Shown here piece by piece: positions 30,279-41,559 of a stretch of 64,000 bases of DNA. This stretch comes from a virus (Duplodnaviria > Caudoviricetes). Positions within the stretch are counted from its first letter, which is position 1, and the number at the start of each line of letters is the position of its first letter. The stretch covers positions 60,756-124,755 of IMG/VR virus record IMGVR_UViG_3300021387_000573; one strand, 5' to 3'. The notes under the pieces are model-generated. The model saw nothing but the letters and a program-made list of their open reading frames with translations. It was not told the origin of the DNA and made no database searches. A program made the position numbers and the translations under genes.

Positions 30279-32462
30279 ATGAATAACAAACATACAAGCA
30301 GTACAAGTAGTAGCGGCATGGGATTCCTTTCGGTTTTGGGGCTTATCTTTATCGTCCTGAAGCTACTCCATGTAATTGACTGGCCGTGGGTGTGGGTGCT
30401 TGCGCCAATCTGGGGTGGCTTCCTTCTTGGCATTGTAATCCTCGCTGTGTATCTGATTATCTACATTGCCATTAAAAAGAAAACAAAGAGATAAAACGTA
30501 GATTATATGAGGAGAAATAAGTTGTTCAGCACAAAATACCGCATCGAGAGCGTTGAGGAATTGACGATAAGCAATCCGATGCACGAACAGATCCGAGGTA
30601 AAATTTGTTATCCTGCTTATTTCGCAGTTGGCGAGCGCGGCATGATGCTTGTGGACATGGAGGATGCACCGTCGTTTTTGAGTATCCATAGCATCTTCAC
30701 AACAAAAGTACAAAAAGTGACGAACACGAGAGACGGCGGATTTGCTGTTACGACAAAGAACTCTATCTACGTCTTTCTCCCGGTAATGGAGGAGTAAATG
30801 TCAGATTACAGACACGAAAAAGTTCTCCGCGTTCCGTACCAGAAGTATGGCCTCGGAGTCGATACAGATAGCTTGGACTTCTGCATGGATTTCGAGGACG
30901 AGCATCCGACGCTGTTCGGCGGCACACACAACTTCCAGTTTGCACCGACCGACGAGCCATTTCTGGATTACCTTCTCCTCCGGAAGTATGACTGCTCCGG
31001 TGAGTTTGGCAAAACCCGATCCCTGTATCCGAGCGAGAAGGAGAAGTATCTGCCGATCTTCCAGCAGCTCATCCCGGAGATCGACATGGACGATGTAAGG
31101 CTGGTCGAGTATTGCTGGTACGACGGCACAGAAGCGCCGGATTACTACGATGAGAGTACATACCACGATGTTTTTTATGACGAGGTGTAAATGAAAGAAT
31201 TTGAATTGAAGTTTTCAGAACGCGGTGACGGATATGAAGTCACCGGCCAGGAGGTCTGGTCGGACAATCCAGATGAAAAGGTTTCGTTCAGCGTTTATAA
31301 CCTGTGCGAATGCCCGGAGGATGCGATCATCGGACGCGATCTGTTTGACGCCACTGATTTCATCCGAGCCGTCGAGCTTGGATTCCGGATCGCCAAACGC
31401 GGATATGACAATATCATCGTGACCGAAGTTCCCTGGGAGGATTGAAACATGAAACTGAAAGAAGCGCTGGAACTGGCCGATGAGTGCGGCCTGTCCACGG
31501 TGGGTGAAGCGATCCTGAACGTCGAGCTCCACGCGCCGAGCCTGTTCCCTTATGAAAAGATGCACGATGAACTGAATGAACTCTGCCAGGAAGCCGCTGC
31601 TTATGACGATAATCAGTTGATTTCCGGACTTTTGAGCAAATAAACGGTTAATTTCATTATGGCATGTTACAGAAAAGGCGGCTGTGGCCCATATGAAATG
31701 TTAAGCTGCAGCGCGTGTCCTGCGAGTAAACCTGCTTACGCAGAGAAGAAATTTGCAAATGAAAAGGCGCAAGATCTTTATGACAAACTGGCAGCTTATC
31801 ATGTGCGAGTAGATAGAATTAAGGAGAACAGAGAATTGGGCAGTCAAGAATTTTTAGATCGTTGCAGAGTATGTGTAGCGAATTACTTCAATGAGAAGGC
31901 GGATGCCACCGATAAGAATGGTGGGATCGACCCGGCAAATGACGTGTTCGTCGTTTGGTATTGCAAGACGCTCCAGAACCACAAAGCGCTTCTGAGCACG
32001 ACAGTGCCTGACGGCATGTACTATGAGTTCACCTACAATGGCGATAAGAAAGAGTGCTACATGGACGCATACAAGAAGTGGGAGAACCAGATCGCCTGGG
32101 CGTGAGGATAAAGGATGTTCGAGATGTGCTACATCAACCGGCCAAAGCTTGTTGAAATAGCGCGGCTGTGTTTTCAAAACGACTATTATCACGCCGGCAT
32201 CTATGTTCCAAACGAACGAATAGTCAAAAATATCGTTGATGATCTGCTGCAGATAACGTATCTTCCTAACTTCAGACGGCTCAGGAGAAACACAAAAACC
32301 AACTACGACTTTTTGTTTAACAACGGCAGCTCGATTACCGTTGCCGTTCCAAGCGATGGCTGCCGTGGGCATAGGATGCATTCGCTTGTGGCAGATCCAG
32401 ACATCGATAGTTACACGTTAGATACTTTGGTTCGTCCATATGAGATCGAATACATAAAGTAA
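30279..32462 (+). CDS. Hypothetical genes (30279-30494 membrane, 30507-30797, 30798-31190, 31191-31445, 31449-31643, 31659-32105 DUF6275-like, 32115-32462)
   Basis: Tandem ORFs; VVWYCKTLQNHKALLST in 31659-32105. Confidence 0.65.
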
Positions 32463-32467
32463 ACAGT

Positions 32468-32682
32468 TTATGCGGTGGCGGAATAGACATCCAGAGACCA
32501 TGACTCCGAGGATGGTAAAGTTCACTGCCTGCGGTATGCGCGTAAGCACGAACGTGGTGTGATGCAAACGGTACTGTGGACACGGCAATAGTAGACGCTT
32601 ACAACGTAAGGCCGATGCTTCCGTCTGATAAACGGGTCTGAACGACTGAGGCTATGTCGGGTGCAAATCCCGACCCGCATAA
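32468..32682 (+). ncRNA. tRNA-like ncRNA with large insertions
   Basis: Acceptor TTATGCGG/CCGCATAA; TGGCGGAATAG...GTAGACGC D-arm halves; T-arm GTCGGG-TGCAAAT-CCCGAC. Confidence 0.7.
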
Positions 32683-32729
32683 CTATTAAAGCTTGCGCCG
32701 TATGCAATAGGACAGGAGTTTCTACATAA

Positions 32730-33410
32730 TTGAACATCGGAAAGAAAAGCAAAATTTTGCTAATTGTATTATTCTCTGCCGCCGTATTAACGCGATTGCT
32801 AACGGGAGGGAGTAGTACATTGCCGGATAAGAATGCAAGCAATGCCAGCCCGCCAGAGGAACAGATTACTCCAAACTTAGCAGATAAAAATATCGTTGAG
32901 GCAACCGACACGCCTGCAACGGAGAACCTATCGCTTAAAAAGAACATCGTGATTTTAAAAATGCTTGATGAAACCGGACGCCAGGGCACAAAAGGAAGAC
33001 TGGTTTTTGATAATACTGACTTCAGTGTAGCTATTTTTGAAAGCGATCAGTATGAGGGGCCAGATGCTCAGGTGATCGTCAACGCAACAGATAGTGCTGT
33101 GTGGTTTATGTGGTTTGGAAGTCAATCGCCAATCATAGCTGATCATTGCAATCAGGGATTCGATATCATCAAAGAGTGTGAACCTGGTGATATCTGTTAC
33201 ATAATTGACGGAGATAACTATCAAAAATATGTGTGTGTCGGCGTTGATCCGGACGGAATCAACGAAAGAGACAACATGTACCTTTCGTCTGGATACAACT
33301 TTATGCGAGACAATGATCCCGGTTTTTTGTACATGTACACATGCAGCAAAGAAGGAGACTCATATCACATCACGGTTGCTATCTGGACGCCGGTAGAAGA
33401 AGACGAATAA
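32730..33410 (+). CDS. Membrane-anchored sortase-like domain protein
   Basis: N-terminal TM; IIADH...F..I...PGD...LYMYTC (His and TC motif). Confidence 0.5.
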   Translation: MNIGKKSKILLIVLFSAAVLTRLLTGGSSTLPDKNASNASPPEEQITPNLADKNIVEATDTPATENLSLKKNIVILKMLDETGRQGTKGRLVFDNTDFSVAIFESDQYEGPDAQVIVNATDSAVWFMWFGSQSPIIADHCNQGFDIIKECEPGDICYIIDGDNYQKYVCVGVDPDGINERDNMYLSSGYNFMRDNDPGFLYMYTCSKEGDSYHITVAIWTPVEEDE

Positions 33411-33425
33411 AAGAGGGTTGTTATC

Positions 33426-36400
33426 ATGAGAATTGAACTTATCTCGGGCCGTGAAGGTTGCTGCATTGCGGTGAATGACACCAGGATCGCAGGGCCAAAG
33501 CCTTGGGGTGGTGGCAGAGTGTTGCATTCTTGGGAGGTAGGGCCTTACGGTATATGCGATCTTGCCGAAATCTGCAACAAAGAGATCGAAGAGATGCGTA
33601 AGAAAGAGGAGAAGAGTTATGGCGAAGAATTTGTCGCCAATCACTACTTCGTTTGAGCTGCAATGAAAACACTCAGAGTGCTTTTGACTCGCCATCTTGC
33701 GAGCAACTGCAACAATTTCAGCCATGTGGAATCGAAAGTCATCGAGATCCCATTGCTGCCGTATCTCGGTTACATGCTCGAAAATGAAAGCGGTTGGACG
33801 GTTCAAGAGGCGAAAGTGATAGATAACAACTACCAAACTGTTGGTACTAATTGTGTGAATAAAAACGGAGTTTGATTATGCAATTTTGTAAAGTGTGGAA
33901 GGACATTTCAGAATCACTTAGAAAAGGCGATATCAGGAGAGAGAACCAGCTTGCCGCAGCGGATGCGATTGATTATCTGATTCAGTTGCACAAAGAGGAT
34001 ACGCAAGAGGTAGTCAGACTGACAAATCTTTGCCATGAAATGGAGAATAGAATGATTCTCAAGTATAACGTCGGCGATGAGATCAGCTTCAATATCAAAG
34101 GGCGCATAAAGCGCATCGACATTGAAAATGGGATCTGCTATACGGTCATCGTCAATGACGGGAACGGAAGAGAAACTTATCTCTACCTCGATGACGATCT
34201 TATGCCCCGAAAGGATTGAAATGAAGATCACAATTGAAACGGATTCCATTTGTGATAAGCGCCGCAATCTCGTTGATGCGATTGTGGGCGTGGCAATTGG
34301 TATGAGATATTGCCCCGGCGTGTTTGGATGGAAAACGAATCCAAATCTGTCTCAGAACAATTGCAGTTCTGATGACTGTATTAGGTGCTGGAGCTACGCC
34401 AAAGCGAAAGCGCTGGCAGATCAGGAATGAAACGGAGCTTTGATTATGACGATTGAACAGGAACTTGCAGCTTTGCAAGCATTTCTCGGTCCCTGGCAGC
34501 AAACCAGAGAAGAAAAGCATAAATATTCAGAAGATTGTTTTTTCTTCGAGGAAGATCAGGACATGAACGCAACGCTCCCTTATTGTGCTTATCAGCATGA
34601 TGTGTATCCTCGCGGCTGTTGCAAAACATGTAAACAGTATGTGAGTAAGCAGCAAGCACGAGACTTGGTTCTTGCGTATGTCAGCAGGAAAGGAAGAACA
34701 GCCGATTAACGATTTCAGATTCGATTTCGACCTGTTCCTTCAGATCGCAAAAGAATACGGCGCTGAGATCTGCGAATGTGAATCAGGAGAAGGCGGCATC
34801 TTCGTCCAAGGGAAGCGTGTAACAGGCAAGGACATTTTTGCCATGAAAGATTGTTATGGACCAGAGTTATGTGAGCGCTGCATCTGGAAACGAAACGGAG
34901 GCTGTTCCGAATGGAATGGCATAAAGGAGACTCCTGAATACTATGGGTGAACAGGCAACACAATGCGAACTGTACGCAATCCCGGAAAACGGTGGACAGC
35001 CTGTAAAGATAAACGGCATTGCCACTCTTTCCGAGATCCAGTTTGGAGACAACTCGTATGAAAACGAACAGTTCATATGGTGCGATATGATGTCGGAGGC
35101 AAGCTTCTCGATCGAAATGACAAATGATTCATCCAGAATCCTAAACAGATTTGCCAGGAGAGTGCGTCGCTATTTGAGACGGCACGAGCAGCAGGCGAAA
35201 AGAAAGAAAAAGAAAGGAAACCACAGATGATTATTACGTTGCTTACTACGCTCATCCTTGTTGTGTCTGCCATTGTTCTTAAAAAAGCAGATCCAGACGA
35301 TCGCTTCTTTATTAATTTATGCGCAGCGATCACAGAGTCCAGTGCTGTAATTGTTCTGATCGGCTTGCTGGTCTGTATCATTAAAGAACATACGTTTACC
35401 GAGAACAAAGTGCTTGAGCTACAGGCTGAACGGAATGCAATTGTGTACCAGATGGAGAACCATCTCTACCTCGGTGATGCGCTCGGTGAATATAACAAAA
35501 AAATCCTTTCCATGAGGCACATGCATGACAATCCGTGGACAAGCTGGCTGCAGGGTGGGTATGTCTATGAGGTAGATCCGATCGACTTGAACTGATGGAA
35601 TTTGAAATATTGGAGCAAATTGCTCACAACTTGCATCTGATCCACTCCGATCTTGCCAGTATAGGAATCGTGCTCTTCCTCATGCTTATCCTCAAAGACA
35701 TGGGAAGACGACACAAATGAAAGTAGGCTTTTATGAACAACGTAAATTTTTGGAACGAGTGCGCAACCCTTGAGATCAATGGTGTGCCTTGTGCGGTAAG
35801 AAAAGAGATTATTCTTGCGCGAGGTTTCCAAGATGATATTGAGCGGATTTACGACAACTATGCGAACAACGAAGTGCGTTCCATTCTTGCACAGCTTTTT
35901 GACTTAATCTTTACAGAGACTGTCTTTACCAAGAAGCCGTACTATACCACCAACTATATGTGGGATAGAACCACCTATGGTTGGGAGCTTCTTACCAACG
36001 GAAAGAACAAGCTCTTTGAAAAAGATATCGAAACTGTTGCTGTCAAGTTTGAGTACACTGTCCGTAGCAGCGAAGTCAGTATGAAGAAACTGTTCGATTA
36101 TCCTGCTGGTCTTGTTGTTGAGTACCTCAAAGAGCGCGGTATTACAAGTTGCCCGCTGAATCAAGAATGAAATGAGGTTTTGATTATCGACTACTCAATT
36201 ACATGGGCATATATCGTTGAGCAGATGAAAGAAAAAAATAGTATTCCCGCTGATTCTCATGATAAATATTCTATGGCTGAAATTGAGCGATACATTAGCC
36301 TTATTTGGACGGAGTATTTTAACTCACTACTCGAAAAAGACGAAGAGTTTAAGGATCTTGTGAAATGAAATGGAGTTTTCATTATGAGTAACAAACTGAT

Positions 36401-37723
36401 AGGCATTGTAAGAGAGATCTTCGCTATCGAAAGCGATCTCCCGCATCGCTTTGACTACACAAATGATTGCCCATCTTTTGACGACTTCGATATTGAAATC
36501 TTCGATCAGACATGGAGCAGCACGGCTCTTGGGTTTGGTGGCATAGGCGGACAGGCAATAACAACAGCGAGAACTTATGTGTTTCTCCCGGTAACGTGTA
36601 ACCAGAAATGCTTCGTGTATTTTGCAGGCAAATTCGCTTATGCTGTTCCTTGGAGTGAGAAGTTTTTTGCCGATGTTAAGAGCAGAAATGTAGCCAGCGT
36701 TCGCGGATCTGCGAAGTATCTAAGAGAATAATAGGAGTTTTTATCATGACATTAACGGCATATTATCCCGCTTATACCGATATATTCGGCGGCGAGCATC
36801 CGGAGTGTAAGTCCGAGTGGCAGACGGAACTCGAACCTGGTTTTGGGACGAACTCTGAGTGCTACGTTATCGCCCAGAACTGGTTTGGCAGATACTACAT
36901 ACAGGAGTGCTCTGTTGAATCTGCCTGGTTCACAAATATCTGGGGCTGGAAGATGACGAACGGCTGGTGTTTCACGGCAGATGCTTATGGCAAGAAAGTG
37001 TTTAAGCACGACGAGCTCCAGAAGGCCATAGAGATCTGCGAAAAGAAGAACCGGATGCGCAAAGTCAAAGTAAAGAGGAGAGTTTGAATTGAGCATCAAG
37101 CAACGAGCCATTGAATCTGCGCAATCCAGACTGAAACGAGCTGAATACTGGCTGAGTGTTTCAGATGGCAATGAAGACACCATCGAGAAAAAGAAACACA
37201 CCGTAGAAGTCGCAGCTTATATCCTGCGTGCAGTCGAAGCATACGAAGAATCGGAGGCGTTTTCGTTATGAGTGAAGAGCAAAAGAAGACTCGGTTATTT
37301 GTTGATGTCGAGGAATTCCAGAAAATGATCCTGCGCTTTATTGGGTCTGACCATTATAAACAGATCCTATCTTGTGTAGATGATACCAAGAGCGCTGGGT
37401 TCATGGCAGGTCTTTCGATAGCTGCAGCGCTTATCACATCTGAGTGTGATTATTATGTTGTAAAAGAATAAAAGGGGATTTTCATTATGAGTAATGAGGA
37501 CTTTAACAAAGTACTGAATACAAGCACACCCAGTAGCACGGCATACCCAAATACATACAGTTACAACGGCTGCGCACACAGGCTTCAGTGTGGGTATTGC
37601 ACTCTGTTAGGTAGAGCTTGCCCGATGAAAGGGAACACGGTCGTTGAACCGACGTGGAAGTCGCCGGATATTACTTGTGTAAGTACGTCACCGACCGCAT
37701 CATTCACGGAGATAAAAGGATAG
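33426..37723 (+). CDS. Array of about 15 small hypothetical genes
   Basis: Tandem ORFs, e.g. 33426-33656, 33878-34219, 34446-34709, 35227-35595, 35733-36170, 36384-36731, 36746-37087, 37487-37723. Confidence 0.65.
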
Positions 37724-37730
37724 AATTATT

Positions 37731-38096
37731 ATGCCAAAGCAATCACAATTTGAGCGTTGCTGCCTAAATTGTTGGTACTCTCACAAGGAATCCTATGGAC
37801 TCCTGTGTTGGGGTGAGAAGGAACCGCCGCTCGTGCCTCCAGATAGCGTGTGTGATTCATGGAAACCAATTGAAGATGAAGAAGGTTGGTGTAATATCGC
37901 CATGGTAGGTCTGCCGAATCCTGACAAGGAAGTCATCATCCACTGTAAAGATGGCACGATGTTCTTTGCTAAGTGGCGCAACAACGAGCAGGACGGTGAC
38001 TACTGGATTGTGCGTGGCCCACATGACATCCGGCATTACATAAAGACAGATTGGGTGTCACACTGGAGACCGAAACCGAAGAAGCCGGTGATGTGA
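37731..38096 (+). CDS. DUF551-like protein
   Basis: W...LP..DKEVII...VSHWRPKP. Confidence 0.6.
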   Translation: MPKQSQFERCCLNCWYSHKESYGLLCWGEKEPPLVPPDSVCDSWKPIEDEEGWCNIAMVGLPNPDKEVIIHCKDGTMFFAKWRNNEQDGDYWIVRGPHDIRHYIKTDWVSHWRPKPKKPVM

Positions 38097-38468
38097 ATGG
38101 CGATCAATAAGAAAATACGCGAAGTCGTATACGCTAAATACAACGGCCACTGCGCATACTGCGGGCGGAAGATCGAATACAAGGATATGCAGGTCGATCA
38201 CTTTTGTCCGCAGAAAATGGAATGGGCCATCGTTGTTGGCGGAGTTCCAGGCGTAGACAGCATCGATGATATCAATAACCTGATGCCGGCGTGTAGGATG
38301 TGCAATCACTACAAGAGAGCGCATGATCTCGCAACGTTCAGGCGGTACATTGAAGAGATCCCGCGTAAGCTGCGCGATAACTATATCTATAAGATTGGCG
38401 TTGCCTATGGGAACGTGATCGAGAACGAAAAGCCAATCAAGTTTTACTTTGAGGAGTTTGAAAAATGA
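38097..38468 (+). CDS. HNH endonuclease
   Basis: CAYCG, QVDH, NLMPACRMCNHYK. Confidence 0.9.
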   Translation: MAINKKIREVVYAKYNGHCAYCGRKIEYKDMQVDHFCPQKMEWAIVVGGVPGVDSIDDINNLMPACRMCNHYKRAHDLATFRRYIEEIPRKLRDNYIYKIGVAYGNVIENEKPIKFYFEEFEK

Positions 38469-39213
38469 CACTGATCGAAGCACAGAAGCTGATTGAAGCA
38501 AGACGCGATGACTGCTGGGAAACGGCTGAGAACTATGAAAAGATTTTCCCAGGACGAAAGTCCTCATACAGAACGGATATTGCTGCTTATACGGTCGCCG
38601 TTATCGCAATTCAGAAGATGATCGAAGAGAACGGAGAGGACTTTGAAATTGTTTGAAAGTAAATACTCCTATTCAACGCTTTCGCATATGTCGAAAGATA
38701 ACCTGATCGAGTATATCCGGCTTCTCGAAAAGAATCTCTATACGGCAGAGTGTTTCAATGAACAGCAGGCGAAGAACTGCGAAAGGCTGTTGAACGGCGA
38801 AATCGGGGATCTATTGAGCGACCTCCACGCACTGATGTGGCACTCCGGCGATGGTTGTGAGATTTGCGCACACAAGATTGTTGACGAGCGGAAACCGTAT
38901 CGTTGCTTGAAGTGTGACTTAGGGAACGGCGCTGATTGCGAACCTCTCTGGCAAGGATTGAGGCCGCCGAATCCACCCATCACGGATATTGATTCTATGA
39001 AAGGAGACGATGGAGAGAAAAGCAATGAAGAGAACTAATTTCTACATCAATATGGCACCAACTTCAATTTCATTTGATTGCCCACATTGCGGCCTTCATG
39101 TCTCTCTTAATTGGAGTTTCGTAGATGTGCCGGAATACTGGGGCGATGACTGGGGTGAAGTCGAGTGCCCGTACTGCGAAAAGACAGTTCAGCTCGGCGA
39201 TTACGACATTTGA
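38465..39213 (+). CDS. Three hypothetical genes (38465-38656, 38643-39038, ~39025-39213)
   Basis: Tandem ORFs; CxxC motifs. Confidence 0.6.
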
Positions 39214-39313
39214 ATAAAACAACACTTTATTCAGAAGTGCTACTAAAACAACACCGCTTCAGCGGTGATTACATAGATCGTGAAATGCAGTCAAAAACAA
39301 CTAAGGAGAATGA

Positions 39314-39973
39314 ATGAGCGAAACTGAAAAAGGAATTGTAGAAACTCTAAGCGCCATTGATGTATCAGAATATGTAAAAGAGAAGAATGGCAATAAGTAC
39401 CTGCCGTGGGCCAGATGCTGGAGCATCGTCAAGAGTTATTACCCGCAGTCCGATTACTTTGACGAGGTTCAGGAAATCAACTTGGAAGACAGAGTTGTCC
39501 CGCGTCCGTGGTTCGATGATGGGAAAACGGCATGGGTTAGAACGACCGTTGTGATCAAGAGCGATACGGAGGAAATCCAGCATACGGAATCCTACCCGAT
39601 CCTTGACCTTCGCAATAAGTCGATGGCGGCAGACTCTATCACGACCGCAGATTTTAACAAGTCTGAGAAGCGCAGTCTGACGAAGGCTGTTGCTGTTGCT
39701 ACCGGACTTGGCCTGCACCTGTTCTATGGTGAAGACTACAACGAAGATGTCACCAAGACGATGGAACTGCTCGAAAAGGTTGACGCTCTTGCCAAGAAGA
39801 AGGCTGCGCTGTCTGATAAGGCGAAGAAGCAAGTGGCGGATCTCTGCAAGGAAGCAGAGAAGAAAGCGTTCCCGGATATCCCTGATGACGAGATCGCCGG
39901 TAACTATAAGAATATTGAAGATGCAGACATCCTGGCTTCTCTCGAACGGAAGCTCATGGCTGTCAGAAAGTGA
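39314..39973 (+). CDS. Sak/DUF1071 single-strand annealing protein
   Basis: IDVSEYVKEKNG.KYLPWA...YPILD.RN...NKS..RSLTKA....GLGLHLF.GED. Confidence 0.85.
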   Translation: MSETEKGIVETLSAIDVSEYVKEKNGNKYLPWARCWSIVKSYYPQSDYFDEVQEINLEDRVVPRPWFDDGKTAWVRTTVVIKSDTEEIQHTESYPILDLRNKSMAADSITTADFNKSEKRSLTKAVAVATGLGLHLFYGEDYNEDVTKTMELLEKVDALAKKKAALSDKAKKQVADLCKEAEKKAFPDIPDDEIAGNYKNIEDADILASLERKLMAVRK

Positions 39974-39982
39974 GTGTGAATT

Positions 39983-40408
39983 ATGGGTCTTAGAGATGGT
40001 GCATATGTGCGGCTTTGGTCTGCGAAGGATAACGGTAAGGTGATTACTTGTCAGGCGAGCGTGAGCAAGAAGCAGGAAGGCGGCGGCTACCGGACGCTGT
40101 TCAGCGGTTTCGTAAACTTTATCGGTGAAGAGTGTAAGGAGAAGATCCGCTCTCTCGGCCTGCCGGAGACTTCTGATCGCCAGAATCCTGTTGGCAAGAC
40201 GATTAAGGTCGTTGGTTCTCCTGATGTTACCACTTGGTTCAACCCGAAGACCAAGGAGAACCGCATGAACATCGCGGTCTATGACGTGGAGCTCCAGGAG
40301 GACGGCGGTGGTCAGCGCCAGAGCAAGTCTGCGCCGAAGACCTACCGTAAGAAGGCAGAGCCGAAGCCCGCAGAGGATGATGATCTGGACAGCGAACTTC
40401 CGTTCTAA
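39983..40408 (+). CDS. ssb: Single-stranded DNA-binding protein
   Basis: Position after SSAP; acidic C-tail DDDLDSELPF. Confidence 0.75.
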   Translation: MGLRDGAYVRLWSAKDNGKVITCQASVSKKQEGGGYRTLFSGFVNFIGEECKEKIRSLGLPETSDRQNPVGKTIKVVGSPDVTTWFNPKTKENRMNIAVYDVELQEDGGGQRQSKSAPKTYRKKAEPKPAEDDDLDSELPF

Positions 40409-40419
40409 AGAGGTAGTCC

Positions 40420-41034
40420 ATGCAGAATAAAAACATCGAGCGTTTTGAGTCCCTGTTGCTTTCATGCGGCAGGGACGGCATGGACAATCTTCTGGAGTTC
40501 ATTCGCAAGTCGGACTTCTATACTGCGCCGGCCAGCACACGGTTTCACAACTGCCATGAGGGTGGTCTACTGGAGCATAGTTTGAATGTGTATGATTGCC
40601 TCTGCGCCAAGAATGCCAGCGGCATATGGCAGAGTGTTCTTAATCAGATAGACGGCGATTCAATTATTCTTATCGCCTTGCTCCACGATATCTGCAAAAC
40701 CTATATGTACGCAGTAGAGTACAAGAACAAGAAGGTTTACAGCGAACATGGCAGCAAGAGCGACAGTCAGGGGAGATTCGACTGGGAGTCAGTTCCCGGA
40801 TATACCGTGGATGACAAAATGCCTCTTGGTCATGGCGAGAAAAGTGCTTTCCTTGTCGATGAGTTTATCGCACTGAAGCCTGTTGAGAGATACGCAATCC
40901 GCTGGCACATGGGTTTCACCGAGCCAAAAGAGAACTACAACTATCTTTCCGCTGCGATCCGCAAGTATCCTGTTATCCTTGCTGTCCACGAAGCAGACCT
41001 TGAAGCAACCTATCTGCTCGAAAAAGAGGAGTGA
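40420..41034 (+). CDS. HD-domain hydrolase
   Basis: APASTRFH, EHSLNV, LLHDICK, GHGEKS, RWHMG. Confidence 0.88.
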   Translation: MQNKNIERFESLLLSCGRDGMDNLLEFIRKSDFYTAPASTRFHNCHEGGLLEHSLNVYDCLCAKNASGIWQSVLNQIDGDSIILIALLHDICKTYMYAVEYKNKKVYSEHGSKSDSQGRFDWESVPGYTVDDKMPLGHGEKSAFLVDEFIALKPVERYAIRWHMGFTEPKENYNYLSAAIRKYPVILAVHEADLEATYLLEKEE

Positions 41035-41040
41035 TACATC

Positions 41041-41547
41041 TTGGCAAAAAACACTCGAATTTGCCGATACGCATGCTGCCCGGTGGAAGGGAAACTGATT
41101 AACCTCGAAACAGACGAATACGAAACTGAGGAAAAGAAGTTTTACCACAAAGAATGCTACGAGCGGATGAAAAAGGATAGAGAGAAGCAGGCTATCATCA
41201 ATTCAGACATCGCATGTATCCTCGACCTCTGGCAGAAGCATATCAGCAATACTGTCAACTACGGCTACCTGCGTAAGATACTGAACGAATATCTGGAGAG
41301 GGGCATCTCTTCCGATTACATGGTGTTCACGATGCAATATGTCGTCAGTCACAAGCTTCCTCTCCGCTATCCACCCGGTTTCCGCTACATGCTGGACAAG
41401 CAGGAAATCCAGGATGCATACCAGAAACAGCAGGCAACGAAGCTCCTCAAACAGCAGAAAGAAATCAAACCAAGGAAAACCAACGCGCCGCAGTTTGCGC
41501 TTAACCGCGAGAAGAGCGGTGGATTCGGAACAATACTCAATAAGTAA
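41041..41547 (+). CDS. Hypothetical protein (possible helicase loader)
   Basis: N-terminal C/H Zn motif; directly upstream of dnaB. Confidence 0.6.
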   Translation: MAKNTRICRYACCPVEGKLINLETDEYETEEKKFYHKECYERMKKDREKQAIINSDIACILDLWQKHISNTVNYGYLRKILNEYLERGISSDYMVFTMQYVVSHKLPLRYPPGFRYMLDKQEIQDAYQKQQATKLLKQQKEIKPRKTNAPQFALNREKSGGFGTILNK

Positions 41548-41559
41548 GGGAGGGATCGC

